64,000 nucleotides of DNA from Podarcis liolepis (lineage: Eukaryota). A program made the position numbers and the translations under genes. The notes under the pieces were generated by a model. The model searched no databases, was not told where the DNA came from, and was given only the letters and a program-made list of their open reading frames with translations. Where the stretch lies: assembly GCA_965112155.1 (NCBI GenBank), contig OZ218112.1; one strand, given 5' to 3'. This document shows positions 1 to 12,458 of this stretch, in pieces. Position 1 is the first letter of the stretch; each line of letters starts with the position of its first letter.

Positions 1-422
1 TGTGTCCACTGACCAATAAAAATATAAACCCAGTCCTCTCATATTGGCATTGCTTTTTAAAAGCACCACTGCCTATTTTTGAGTTATGGGGTTCCCATTG
101 CTGGTTTTCCAGGACATCTGTCCAATTTCTGAAAAATAACCCAGGACGCCATTTTCGGAGGTGAATTCCATGACATGTCCTGGAAAAATCAGCACCCCAC
201 AAAGGGAGAGTGGTTTTCTGGGAACAAGTAGCAGAAAATGGGGGCCATTGGAGCATCTGGGGTCAGGCCCTGCCTCTCCATGCGCTGTTGTTGGGAAATG
301 GAATTCCCCAGCAAACCTCATTGCGTTGCTTTTTACTCAAACCCCTGTTTTGCTTCACTGATTGCCATTTAGAGTAGTCTTTTTTGAACACCTGCTCTCC
401 ATGAAGGTTCAATTCTAAGGCT

Positions 423-774
423 CAGTCTGCACATGCCAACATTTCTCCGATGAAAATAGAGACATCCCATTCCATAATGATAATTTTACTGTTTATACCC
501 CACACATCTTTCTGGGTTGCCCCAGTCATTCTGGGTGGCTTCCAACATATATAAAAACATAATTAAACATTTAGCATTAAAAAAAAAACCTTCCCTATAC
601 AGGATTGCCTTCAGACAGCTTGAGGGTAGGATAACTTCATACCCTCCAACATTTCTCCAATGAAAATAGGGACATCCTAAGGAAAAGCAGGATATTCTGG
701 GATCAAAACAGAAATTGAGATGTCTTCTCTAAATCAGGGACATCCTTAGAAAATAAAGTCACTTGGAGGGTCTG
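423..774. mobile_element. Composite MITE with a captured L2-like tail
   Basis: Internal direct repeat ccaacatttctcc(g/a)atgaaaatag(a/g)gacatcc at ~436 and ~646, separated by an antisense L2-like 3' end (tttatacccc...); ends ttggagggtctg. Confidence 0.5.
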
Positions 775-1214
775 AATGAAGTGGTATAGTCCTCCTGAGA
801 CAATAAAATGTACTGGATCTTACATCATAGTCCTTTCAAGAGGGGCTGGTACCCCACAGCAGTGCTGGCAGCCTTCAGCCAGCCTGCCCAGGATGGATCT
901 CAGCTCCTCTTCCTCCCTTCATCCCAGCAACACTGCTCCCCTCCAGCAGTTACTCTGGCAACCTTCCAAATCCTGGGGCAAGGGGGAAAGAGTTCTCTTG
1001 TATTTTTAAAGTCCCTCAATTGTTCTTTTGATAATCATAGCTCAGCCAGGTTGTTTTGAATAAGGAATTCCTTTGCAGCTTGCATTCTCCCTTCATATCA
1101 CATCACAAATAACCAAAATCCTAGCATTTATTAATTTCTAGGGTTTAAGGGGGACCCTCTAAATCTATCTATATATTTATATGCATATAATAAACAAACA
1201 TTATATATCTCCAG

Positions 1215-1353
1215 AACACACTCACTCTCTCACACATAAACACACTCTGTTACACAAACTCTTGCAACACACACATATATACACATACCCTCTCACAGGC
1301 ACATGTTTTTCTCACACACAAGCACAAACTCTCACACACACCCTTACACACAC

Positions 1354-1395
<42 letters not shown>
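1215..1395. repeat. Degenerate CA-rich tract followed by (GA)n
   Basis: Direct reading. Confidence 0.9.
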
Positions 1396-1397
<2 letters not shown>

Positions 1398-2985
1398 ATT
1401 AGCTACAAATATCTTTGTCTTTTTCTCCCCACAACCCTCAATGCTAAAATCAACCTGGTGAAAAGATTATTAATTTCAGTCAGGGAAATGATAGTGCAGA
1501 ATGGGGGGTTCATATCTGACGGTCATAGCCCGGAGATGCAGTTTTTGTCATGCAACCCTTGGTAAGCAAAGAAGAAGACATCAGCAGACCAAATCACAGG
1601 CTTCCCACATCATGTCTGTTGTGGCCTAGGTGGGAGATTATATCTCTGGATGATGCCCTAGTGAACAGCAAAGGGAAAACTTTTTCTCCTCTATGCACCT
1701 GTTTTTGCTTTGTTTCTGCTTTCCATGAGCTTCTATACACGGGAAAGCATTAAAAAAAAAGTACACTATACATCTGAAAGGATGCTGTGGCCTAATTTTG
1801 CCATGAGTGTAGAAGGGGGATGGGGAAGTTATTTGACTCCAGCTCCCATCAGCCTCAGCGTGGCCAGTGGCTATGGATGATGGCAGTTGTAGTCCAGAAA
1901 TACCTGGAGAGACACAAGTTTTCCACCCCTCTTGTATACCAAGTCCCACACACACCAAATGTGACTATTGTTAGCAAATGCACTTGAACAATGCAGATGG
2001 AATCCAGATGGTATAATGTTCTACTGCAGAAACCAAACAAAAACAGTGCATCATCTGAGTTCAGGCCTTGTACAGAGCAGGCAGAGGCAGACTGAAGCAG
2101 CTGCCTTGGGTGGCAGAATCCAGTGGGGTGCTGCCACTGCGGTTGCCCCACTTGCCCCTGCCCCTGCTGCTAGGGTCACACAGTGGAGGTGGCTTTTTCC
2201 AGTGAGATCTCAGGAGAGTTCCATGAGATCTCGCTGGAAGTCACTGCACAACCCCAGTAAGTGAGGCTTCGGCAAAAGGCTGCAGCCACAATGGGGCAAG
2301 GCAGCAACTTTCCATTTTGCCTCATGTAGTGCAATGGGCACTCATGAGAGCGGGAAGTCATTCAACAAAACTAGGCTTGCCATATGTCAGGAAAATTCCT
2401 GATCTGTTCTGTTTTTTTGCTGAAATGGCAAAATATCAGGGAAAACCTGGATGTATGACAACACAATGGAAAAAGCACTGGAAGCAGCTCCAAAAGCTTA
2501 AAATCACTATATTTTGTGGGGAGGCTCAACAACTTGGGGGAGGCTTTTTTGAAATATGGCAACCCTAAACAAAACGTACAGAAGAAAAACTCCCTGAGAA
2601 CTTCACAGCCAATCAGAGCATGTGCTACTTCAGTAAACACCATGTCTGGTGTCTACCTGGTTGCTAAACAACACCTCCACCCACCCCCCACTGGGCTAGT
2701 TGACTTTAACTCCAACAGAACTAACCCTTAAATTGCAAATTGAATGATCCCTACTGTTGCCCTTCCAACAACGGTAAAGCTGTTTCATGACTTCAGGCAG
2801 CATGTGGCAACTCACAAAAACAACACACACACACACACAAAAACAATAAAAATCCATGCACACAGGAGGCTAGCATGCTTTATTCCCAATGTGCCAATAA
2901 TTTAACTTGATTATTTTTGGAAATATTCCGGGGAAGGGAGTTTGATAAATATGCTTGTATGTCTCCCCTTTCGCAAATCCACAAC

Positions 2986-2988
<3 letters not shown>

Positions 2989-3030
<42 letters not shown>
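2989..3030. repeat. (CA)n microsatellite
   Basis: Direct reading. Confidence 0.95.
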
Positions 3031-3032
<2 letters not shown>

Positions 3033-5037
3033 CAATCCAACAGGTTTTCTGATTATTCCCCCCAACTCACATACCGCCAATTACATTTGCCTAAAAATAA
3101 AACCTCCAATCAAAACCCGACCTCTTATGTAATTAGCTAGGCTGCCTGCCTTTCCTCTCCCACAGAATGCCAAATGAAACCAAAGGGTCTGTGATGCTCA
3201 TTTAAAGTGAAAGGAGCAGGCACAAAATCTTTTTTGGCCCTGAGTGTGCTCAGCTACTCCATGTTTGCAGCCCGGTTGAGCCTCAAAACTAGTCATAGCT
3301 CAAGGAAAGGAAATGACCTCTCCTGGCATCTGTTAGGGAAGGATCTTAGCTCAGTGATAGAAGGTCCTTGGTTCATTCCCCAGCATTTCCAGGTAGGGAT
3401 GAAAGGGATTCCAGTATGAATAATACTAATACTAATACTAAAAAATACCCTGCCCATCTGGTTGGGTTTTCCTAGCCACTGTGGGCAGCTTCCAGCACAT
3501 AAGGGGAGAAGAGTGGGGGACGATGACATAGTTTTCAGTACACAGCCAAATCACACCTGGCGACCAAAGAGGAAAGGAAGTTAATTTAAATACTGAATTT
3601 TGCGTTAGCAGTTGCACTACTTTAGTACATTGGGCAGCAGACAGACACTGTGTCCTGTGTCTCCGTTTCCCACAGGGAAAACTGTCCCCTCCTTGTCAGT
3701 CAGTGTGGACAATACTGAGTTAGATAGCTGAATGATCTGACTTAGTATAAGGCAGCTTTCATTTTTCCTAATAGTTTTTGCTCCCATTAGATTAAGAAAT
3801 AAAGGAGAAGCTTGAAGATGGGGAGGCTGAAAACACAAAAGCAAGAAAGAGTCTGTTTGACTGCGTGCTGGTCATCAATGGCAGGCAAATTAGACATGGC
3901 TCCACAGAGATGGAAGAAGGGAACATATGACATACCTTTAATGTGCGTCATGCTCCTGATCCCAATATGGCAGCTTTCCACAAATAATAGCCCAGTTTGT
4001 GGGCTGAAGACCTTCCTGTCTAGCCCATGGGACACTCCCCAAGGCTTTTGCTTGATTCAGATGTGTCCTTGGGTGTTTCCAGACCGGGATTCAATCACAT
4101 TCCAGCAAATTCAGGTTCTTCTGGAAAGTGGCAGGAAAATGCACTAGAAAATGTGGGATGACGATTGCTTGATGCAATATTGTCTAACCTGGTTGCAAAC
4201 TTTTGTGCAAACAAATCAGGTTGGTTGGATGCTCAGCAAAAGGACCACCTGGAAGCAACTCTTGACGACCTGGAAGCAAAAGGACCACCTGGAAGCAACT
4301 CCTCTCACTTGCCTGGATGGAGGAGGGAGAGAGGTGTACATGACAGAGGATGAGTGTAGAAACCTCCAACTTCTGTGTTGCAAACTTGAGAGTTGCCTCT
4401 GTTGTTCTAACCACTTTTGCCTCTGCAGCCCCGTCATTGGCAAGTGGCCCCAAGAAAGTCATTTTGAAGAGGGTTCTCTACACCAACAGCAGCTAAAAAT
4501 ACAGGAGAGCTGTTTGTGTCTTTCCAGCTTTCCTGTCCCTATACCTGGAAGGCTTCCTTGCTCCCAGGCTTAATACCATTAATGATTCACCCTCTCTCAA
4601 TGCTGATGTTACCTCAAAACTGTTACTTAGTGGACAGTATCTGTGCCCTCACTGGTGCTGAGCAAGCCATGCACCTTCCCATTCCCTCCAGAGCCACCCC
4701 ATTTTGCAACTCAGAGATCAGGCAGCAGAGAGGGAACTTGCATGCAAAACGGTTTTAGTCCAAAAGAAAAATGTGAGTAGGCTGCCTGTCAGTGTCACAC
4801 ACAGACACACATGCAAACACACTGACACTGCCTTGAGCCTGCACTATAGCTGAAGTCAAAATGACCTGGAACTCCTGCCCATTTTGCCTGCACCAAGGCT
4901 TGTCAGTTTCAGCTCCTATGTAGTCCCCCTTTTTCCGGTTGGCACTTATGTGTACATGCGCCATCCAGACACACTGAATTCAGTATGACCTCTAAAACAC
5001 AACCCAGATTCCTACCTTCCCTTTCTCTTTTAGCTTA

Positions 5038-5218
5038 GGATCACATCCACACCAAGCATTTAAAGCACATGGCTTCTCCTGAAGATTCCTGGGAACTGTT
5101 AAGGGAGCTGGGAATTACAGCTCTGTGAAGGGTAGACTGCAGTTCCCAGGATTATTCTTGAGACAGTGTGAAGAATGTGCTTTAAATGTGCTTTGACTGT
5201 ATGTTGTGGGTGTGACCT
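5038..5218. mobile_element. Palindromic MITE (relatives near 26437-26610 and 48415-48720)
   Basis: tcacatccacac...catttaaagcacat...cctgggaactgt / gcagttcccagg...atgtgctttaaatg...gtgggtgtga: nested inverted repeats. Confidence 0.65.
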
Positions 5219-5323
5219 AGGACATGGGTGGGGAGCCTCCGTTCTGGTGGCCAAATGTGACCCTCGGTACCTTTCTGACTGCACCTTGGTCCCTAAATTG
5301 CCTCCCAGTACATTTCCGAGCAT

Positions 5324-5718
5324 TTCTGTGTTGGTGCTGACCTTTAAAGCCCTAAATGGCCTCGGTCCAGTATACCTGAAGGAGCGTCTCCACTCCCATT
5401 GTTATGCCCGGACGCTGAGGTCCAGCGCCGAGGGCCTTCTGGCAGTTCCCTCACTGCAAGAAGCAAAGTTACAGGGAACCAGGCAAAGGGCTTTCTAGGT
5501 AGTGGCACCCGCCCTGTGGAATGCCCTCCCATCAGATATCAAGGAAATAAACAACTATCTAACTTTTAGAAGACATCTGAAGGTGGCCCTGTTTAGGGAA
5601 GTTTTTAATGTTTGACATTTTATCGAGTTTTTAGTATTCTGTTGGGAGCCACCTAGAGTGGCTGGGGAAACCCAGCCAGATGGGTGGGGTATAAATATTA
5701 TCAGTTATTATTATTATT
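5324..5718 (+). mobile_element. L2 LINE 3' fragment
   Basis: VLVLTFKALNGLGPVYLKERL...RTLRSS..GLLAVP...RAF and WNALP are L2 ORF2 C-terminal motifs; ends ggggtataaat...(tta)n. Confidence 0.85.
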
Positions 5719-6797
5719 GCTTCCTTGTCACTTAACTGATAACTTTTTAAATGCCCCAGTTTTTCTGTCTCTCTGTCTTTCCAACCAAGTTATCCAACCA
5801 AGCCATGTATTTTCCATAAAACAAAAATCAGATGTTTTCTTACCTAACTCGCTATAAAATTTCCTGTTCATAGACTTTGTAACGCCAGCTCAGGGCTTTT
5901 GAATGCACATTTGTTTTCCACCTTCCCTGCTATCACCACCCTAGGCAGTCAGCTGGAAAAAGAACAGACTTATTTATTGGGAGAGAAACATGCTCAGAAA
6001 GATTTTTTATTTTTTTTAGATAACCCTTACACATCTGTTTCTACAGAAACCGCTCCCCTAGTGTCCTTTCAGAATTGCCAGTCACATGGGGCTCAGAGTA
6101 GAGCCCATCCCAGTGCCAAAATTGAAGCAAAATAACAGCAAAGATTAGGGAATGCTTGAAAGAATATATCTCTCTCTCTGGGTAGTATTTGTTAGCATCT
6201 TCATTTACTAAAGGCTTTTTTAAGCCTGCTTTTTGACCTGCGTGAGTCTACAAAGCTTGCAAAAACCAAAAGCAAAGCTTTAGACTATAGCTGCCTCTTC
6301 CTCACTTCTCCAGACAATCTCGGGTCCTCCAGACTGGGAGATGTTTTCTGTGGGTGTTTCCTGCATTATGTTGTTGATGGACAGTCCACACACATTATTC
6401 CTCTTTATAAGTTGTCCTGCAATGCTTCCCTAAGGGCATCACTTTAGCGCTGCCTGAAGCAGCAATCTTGTACTACAATGCAACAAAACCAGACCAAACA
6501 ACAACACCTTAGAACATTTCCATGGATGTAGCCAGTGGGGGGCAGTGGGGGCAGCAACCCCTCCCCTAAATCAAGTAAATAAATAAAAATACTTAAGTAA
6601 AAGTATAAATAATCAGAATATTTGAAATTAAAATGCTTTGTGAGGTCAGTTGGATGATGTCACGGAGCATTCTAGCGACACAACTGGCAACTCGACTGAG
6701 CGATAGGTGAGGCCTCTGTGAACTGACCAGTCTCGTCACAGGTAGCTCAGTTCTGGAACAGGACAGGTGGGTGTCCCGCCCCCCGCCCCAACAACAT

Positions 6798-6935
6798 ACC
6801 GTATTGTTCACTCTGTAGGACGCACTTTCCCCCCTCCAAAATTAAGGGGAAATGTGTGTGCGTCCTATGGAGCGAATGCAGGCTCCTTGGCTTCAGCGAT
6901 AGCAACGCGAAGCCTCTGAAGCGCAGAGGGAGCGC
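6798..6935 (+). mobile_element. One end of a Tc2-group (CCGTATT TIR) DNA transposon
   Basis: TA|CCGTATTGTTCACTCTGTAGGACGCAC with an internal inverted tgcgtcctatggagcgaat; CpG-rich; truncated against a SINE. Confidence 0.55.
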
Positions 6936-7597
6936 TCCCAGTCCCACCAGGAGATGCTGGGGACTGAACCTGATGCCTTCTGCATGCTAAGCAGTTGTTC
7001 TACCACTGAGCTATGGCCCTAGCTCACAATATTGCTGTCAGGATAAAATGGAGAAGGTGGAGGCTGAAGTGTGTATGCTCTGTGGAGGAAAGGTGGGATA
7101 GAAGTATAAGAAGGAATAAAGTATGGAAACTAGCCTCTAAGTGAATAAACTACAGTATATTTTTAACTTACTCTCCTAATAATTTGTATATAAATTATAA
7201 AAGTGGTATATAAATTTTGTTAAATAAAAAAAGAGGAAATGTTCACACTTTCAAACAGTATGTTATGCCTGAGCCTTCATTGCTGAAACTCCCAACAGCA
7301 TTTTCATGCTCACAAACACCTGATGAAGGAACCATTGTGACATAACCCATTCAAGCAGAGTGAAGGGGCAACAGGCTGTCAACAGTGGCAGTAGTTGGGG
7401 GCTCCCATCTATTAAAAAGCCACAGAAAGTCTTTTCATACTGCCTGAGGAATTAATCCCTTCTTTAGCGTTCATAATCGATTTAACAGGACTGGAGCTAA
7501 CATTTGCTTGGATTTGGCACCATTGATAGGGAACTGCCTGCTGCGTCCTCCGCTTTGAAGTCACCCTGGTCTTTGGGCCTCCAGCACCTTCTTCAGC

Positions 7598-7909
7598 ATG
7601 TCCAACCCATCTAAGAGGCGTATGATACTGGTGTTCCACTGGATTAGGAAGAAGCCCCTGACAGAGAAGCCGTGCTGTACCATCTCGGCCAGACCTTCTG
7701 CCTCTGCACCGGCTTGCAACACTCCTCACATTTCACCCTACTTCACGAGGAGCAAGACACAACCCGCTCCGCTCAGGAGGTCCAGCAGGCGCAAGGTGCT
7801 GCGATTGCCGAATCTCACCGACCCCAAGTTTTTAAGATCTGTCATCGGCAGCGTTGGCCGGAAGAGAGCCCGCAGGCGTGGCAAGCAAAAGATGCCCACC
7901 AGCATTTAA
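7598..7909 (+). CDS. Hypothetical 103-aa Arg/Lys-rich protein (orphan candidate)
   Basis: True ATG with purine at -3; 16 R + 10 K versus 2 acidic residues; CpG-retaining, not recognisably TE-derived. No homolog recognised. Confidence 0.3.
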   Translation: MSNPSKRRMILVFHWIRKKPLTEKPCCTISARPSASAPACNTPHISPYFTRSKTQPAPLRRSSRRKVLRLPNLTDPKFLRSVIGSVGRKRARRRGKQKMPTSI

Positions 7910-9654
7910 GATATGAAAAGCTACTGGATTTAATCAGGAAGTTATGAGACATGCACTGATTGGAAGCGAAGCTGTATATGGGCCCTGAACCTTCTGCAGG
8001 TGCAGATTACGTAGGCTTCCTTTTAAATGCCATCTGAATCAAGTTTGTCCCCCATCCCTATTGGTAGCTATGTGGAGGGTTCCTATCACTTCTTCCTGCC
8101 TCCCTCTCCACTCCAGTGTATCTTTTAACATGAACCAAAGAAGCAGACAAAAGGCAAATGTTTTCCTCTCAGCTCTGTTCCCACTGGAGTCCACTGGTCT
8201 CCTCCTTCTGTCACAGGCTCATCCCCCTGATCTCTCCCAGGTACCAGACGCTTTGCAACCAGAAGTTTAGTGATCCTTCCACTTAGTTCCAGATTTGGCA
8301 AGTAGGCCATGTATGCCTTCCAGATCTTGAGAAGAGGCCTGCCATCTTCCACGCTTTGATGCTGAGTGTCACAGAGGTGTTCCATAAAGGCTTCCCTTTT
8401 ACAGATGGTGACTGCATTTCTCTCCCCGCCTGGCTTTCATTTCCTCTAAAGCTGCACCGCTACTGCAAAGCACATCAGCTAATGAAGCTTCTGACACTTC
8501 TAGGTCTCAGGGGGATTCCCCCTCCCCCCAATTTTATTTTGCAGGATAAGACGTGATTAAGGTTGTTAAGCAGACTTTTTCCTGATGCACCACCCACTGG
8601 GATGCCTCAGTTTTCAGACTCTGATGCCATCCTAGAGTGGGGGTTTGCCATATTCTTATGGATCTGAGTCACACAAGGGTTTGTGCATTTAAACTTTGGT
8701 GTCACTACATCTTGGTGTACGATACGATAGACTGAGGGGTGTAATTAGAGTCTCAGAAAACTGTATAGCTGGAAGCAGGGGTGCCAACTTGAATAATCAG
8801 CCCATCGGCCCCTAGGAATTGGCTTCTGTGGCTAGAAGGGACCTCAAAGGCAATTTAGTTCCATCCCCCACCAATGCAGGAATATTCTGCTGATATTTCT
8901 TCACTTAGTTTTGGGGCTCCCAGACTGTCACTATTTTCCGGTGGGATTCACTCACACACTGTCAAAATGTTGGTTGCGCAATCAAAGATGATTAGGAGCT
9001 CTTGCTCTACAAACCTGCCACCCCAAAAGATTGGAGATTTTGCAATAAGAAACACACTGTGAAAATATACTGTCAAGTTTGGGATAACACTAGCTTTGAT
9101 GCAGCTCTGTCTAGCCTCCCCTCAAAAAATATGCGAGTGAGTTCTCATTAAATAGCCCACATTGTCTTAACTCCCCACAAACAAATCAGAATGAATGCTC
9201 AATAAGCTGGTCATCTGGGAAGACTGTTAGTAGCTAATCAGTAAGTTAGCACAATTATTACTCCTTAAGCAATCTGGATTTAGTCGATTTTGGACTGACA
9301 ACTAGGTATCAAATTTATAACCTATCATTTTTCCTAGAAGAGAGTCCAGGGTGGCTAGCAAGCAAGCAAGCAAGCAAGCAAACAACACATCATAAAAACA
9401 GTCAAACCAGCATGACAGTAATTGAGTCCTCCAGTACAAAATGTCACAATTGACTATGTTCCAAGGACTTGGACAAATTGGAAGATCTTAACACCTTGTA
9501 TGGTCATGTGTGAACTTCCTGACTTCCCTTTGGAGGTAGGGGAAGCTTCATAAATGGACCACTATGAATTCTGTGTCTCTGTGATGTTTCCTGTTCCTCC
9601 CTGCCATATGCAGCACAATTTCCATTCTGCTGCAGTTCTTCTGCCCAAAAGCAA

Positions 9655-11305
9655 TGTTTTGTTTTTTAACATATAGTTTTTGATTTGCTTTTTTATCATA
9701 TCAATTCATTCATTCATTCATTCATCAACGCATACTGTGTTACAGTCATACACAGGATGATAATAATAATAAAAAACATAAATATAAGACATATATACAG
9801 TGGTACCTCGGTTTATGAACTTAATGGTTCCGGAAGTCACTTCTTAAACCGACACCATTCTTAAACCGAGGCACGCTTTCTCTAATGAGGCCTCCCTCAG
9901 CCGGTGCCCTTCCACCGTTCAGATTCCGTTCTTATACACCAAGGTAAAGTTCACTAACTGGAACACTACTTCCTTTTTTGCAGAGTTTGTAAACTGAATC
10001 GTTCTTAAACTAGACTGTTCTTAAACCAAGGTACCACTGTATATGAATATTAATGGAATCATAATTTTCCCCTCCAATTTATTTGACTCTTATAAACCTT
10101 AACTTTTGCTCCCCTTCCACTCTGTCCGTGGTTTCCTATCTGCTATCTTTTCAACTGTGTTTCTTACTCTAGTAAGTTGTTTTCATTACCTTACATTATC
10201 CCATGTTGTAACCTTTACTGCTAAGTATTTTTTGTGAGCCTGATACGATTATTTTCTTGTTATAATATTTTTCCATATATTCTATATGTAATGTCCAGTC
10301 TTCTTTTTAAATTCTTATCATTTTTAGTTCTTAATCTATTTGTCATGCTGGTAAGTTCTATATATTATAATATTTTAAGGTGCCACTCTTCTCGTGATGG
10401 TACTGCATCTGTTCTCCACTTTTGTGGTACCAGAATTCAGGCAGCTGTAGTTATATATATCCATAGAATAATTAGATTTTTGGGGATTTCTGTTGTTAGT
10501 ATTCCCAGAAGGAAAGTTTCTGGGTTTTTTTTTTTGGGGGGGGGGGACATTCTAAAAAATTTCTTAAGCTTGTTATATATCATCTCCCAAAATTATTTTA
10601 TTACTCTACAAGACCACCATGAATGGTAAAATGTGACGGTTGTTTCTTTGCACTTCCAACATAGGTCACTTTTTGATCTAAATATTTTGGCTAGTTTACT
10701 TGGTGTCAAATACCATATGTGGATCATTTTTAAGTAGTTCTTTTTTTAAAGCGTAACTAGCAGTGAATTTTAAATTTGTTTTCCACAATTGTTCCCACAA
10801 ATTCAAATCAATATGATGACCCACATCTTGTGCCCATTTGATCATAGATGATTTCACAAGTTCTTCTTTCGTTTCCCAGTCAAGTAATATCCTATACATT
10901 TCAGATAATTTTTTAACTCTAGAACTTAATATTTCTTTTTTGAATTCTGATGGTTTTTCTGCAAATCCCAATTTCTTATCTACCTTAGATTTTGAATTGA
11001 TTTGGTGATAGTTTAGCCAGTCCGATACATATTCTTTAACCTCTTCATTTTCCCCATTTTTGGCTCTCCTTCCGAAAAGTCTAACAATTCATTATAGGTT
11101 CCCCAGTTGTCACTCATATTCATTTTTTTCCTGGTCTCTGCTTCTTTTGGGGATAGACACCTTGGTGTTTTGTTCTCTAATATATATATATTTATTTTCC
11201 CCATACCCTAATTAAGTTTTTTCTAATAACATGGTTGGCAAAACTTTTACGTATTCCAGCTTTGTTGTACCAAACATCAGTGTGCCAGCCATATTTGCCA
11301 AAAAC
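9655..11305 (-). mobile_element. Degenerate L1-type LINE 3' fragment (interrupted by a MITE)
   Basis: Broken frames give MIKWAQDVGHHI...WEQLWK, WYLTPVKLAKIF..CWKCKE...FYHSWWSC (C-terminal Cys/His domain of L1 ORF2). The minus strand is A-rich. Confidence 0.8.
9798..10039. mobile_element. Tc1/mariner-pogo (Tigger-like) MITE
   Basis: TA|CAGTGGTACCTCGGTTTA ... TAAACCAAGGTACCACTG|TA. Confidence 0.9.
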
Positions 11306-12257
11306 AAAGTTCTTTGTCGCAGTGTCCACTGTGGTGAAATTGTGTAACTAATGCCAGTAATTATGCAAATGACATAACTTACATTGTCATTCCAGTGTTG
11401 ATTTCAATGCAACAGAAGCGCAATGCAAACGGAAGGAAAGCACAATCAATTGCTGCAGATTGAAAGCAGCAGCAGCAGCAAATTCTGATTTTATTTGCTG
11501 GCTTGATTTCTGTTCTGGATGTGAAAGAAATAAGCAAACAACAGCATTTTCTTCTTCCATTTCTGCTTTGATCAGATATCTCTGGTACCTCAGTGACACC
11601 ATCCCCTTTACCATTCGCCCTGATGAGACCATATAATCCAGCATCCTGTTATCACAGATGCTTATGGGAAGGCCACCCTCAGGACTTAAGTGTGAGAGCA
11701 CTCTCCCTACAGTAGCTGGCATTTTTAGGGACATATTGCCTCTGAAAATGGAGTTAGAAAATAGACATCATGGATTTCCTTCTAGTATGAACCCTTTGGT
11801 TCAGGCTCAAGTGGAGTTTGGGGTAAGAGAAAACCATTTTGCTCCATCATCTATAGGTAGGACAGGTGCTTTTTCTCTGTCACTTTTCACATTTATTTAT
11901 GTCCTGCTATGAAAGCTGGTTTAGGCTATGGGTAAACAAGGCAGTGTCCAGTTAAAAAAAAGAAGAGTTGGCAACTCTAATCCAGCATGAAGGTTGTGTG
12001 GTTGAAGCACTCCTTAGAATGTCCTGCCCTACCTTGATCTCTGCTGATATTTACAGTAGTCTTTGCTCTGCTCATACACCAGGGCTGGGCAGATATACAT
12101 TAAGATACAATATATGCAGCATACTGACAAAGGTTTCTGACTCTTAATTGCTTAATGAGGGCAAACAAAAAGACTCACCTCAGCTCTGAGTTAAGCAGTT
12201 AGAATCCCCAGTCTGCAGAAAGTCAGATAGGAGATTTGTATCTGCATATGCCAGGAA

Positions 12258-12458
12258 GGGCAGTATCTCAGTGGCAGAGCATCTGCTTGCAAGCAGAAAT
12301 TCTGAGGTTCAGTCCTCGCTGGCAACTCCGCATAGGGCTAGGAGAGACTCCTGCTGAAACCCTGGAGACCTGTTGCCTGCAAGTCAGTGTTGACAAGTGC
12401 TAGTCTAGATGGAACAATGGTCCGAGTCTGCATAAAGGCAGATCGTTATGTTCTTATG
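12258..12458 (+). mobile_element. Squam3-like tRNA SINE
   Basis: ctcagtggcagagcatctgcttgc...ggttcagtcc...gaaaccctggagacctgttgcc..gtcagtgttgac...ctagatggaacaatggtccgagtc...ttatgttcttatg. Confidence 0.75.

Noticed and set aside
4235-4301. CRISPR-like repeat-spacer array
   Set aside because: Only two units, the 13-nt spacer is itself repeat-derived, the context is eukaryotic and there are no cas genes.
7320-7365. CTGATGA as another hammerhead core
   Set aside because: No helix II followed by GAAA/NUH arrangement.
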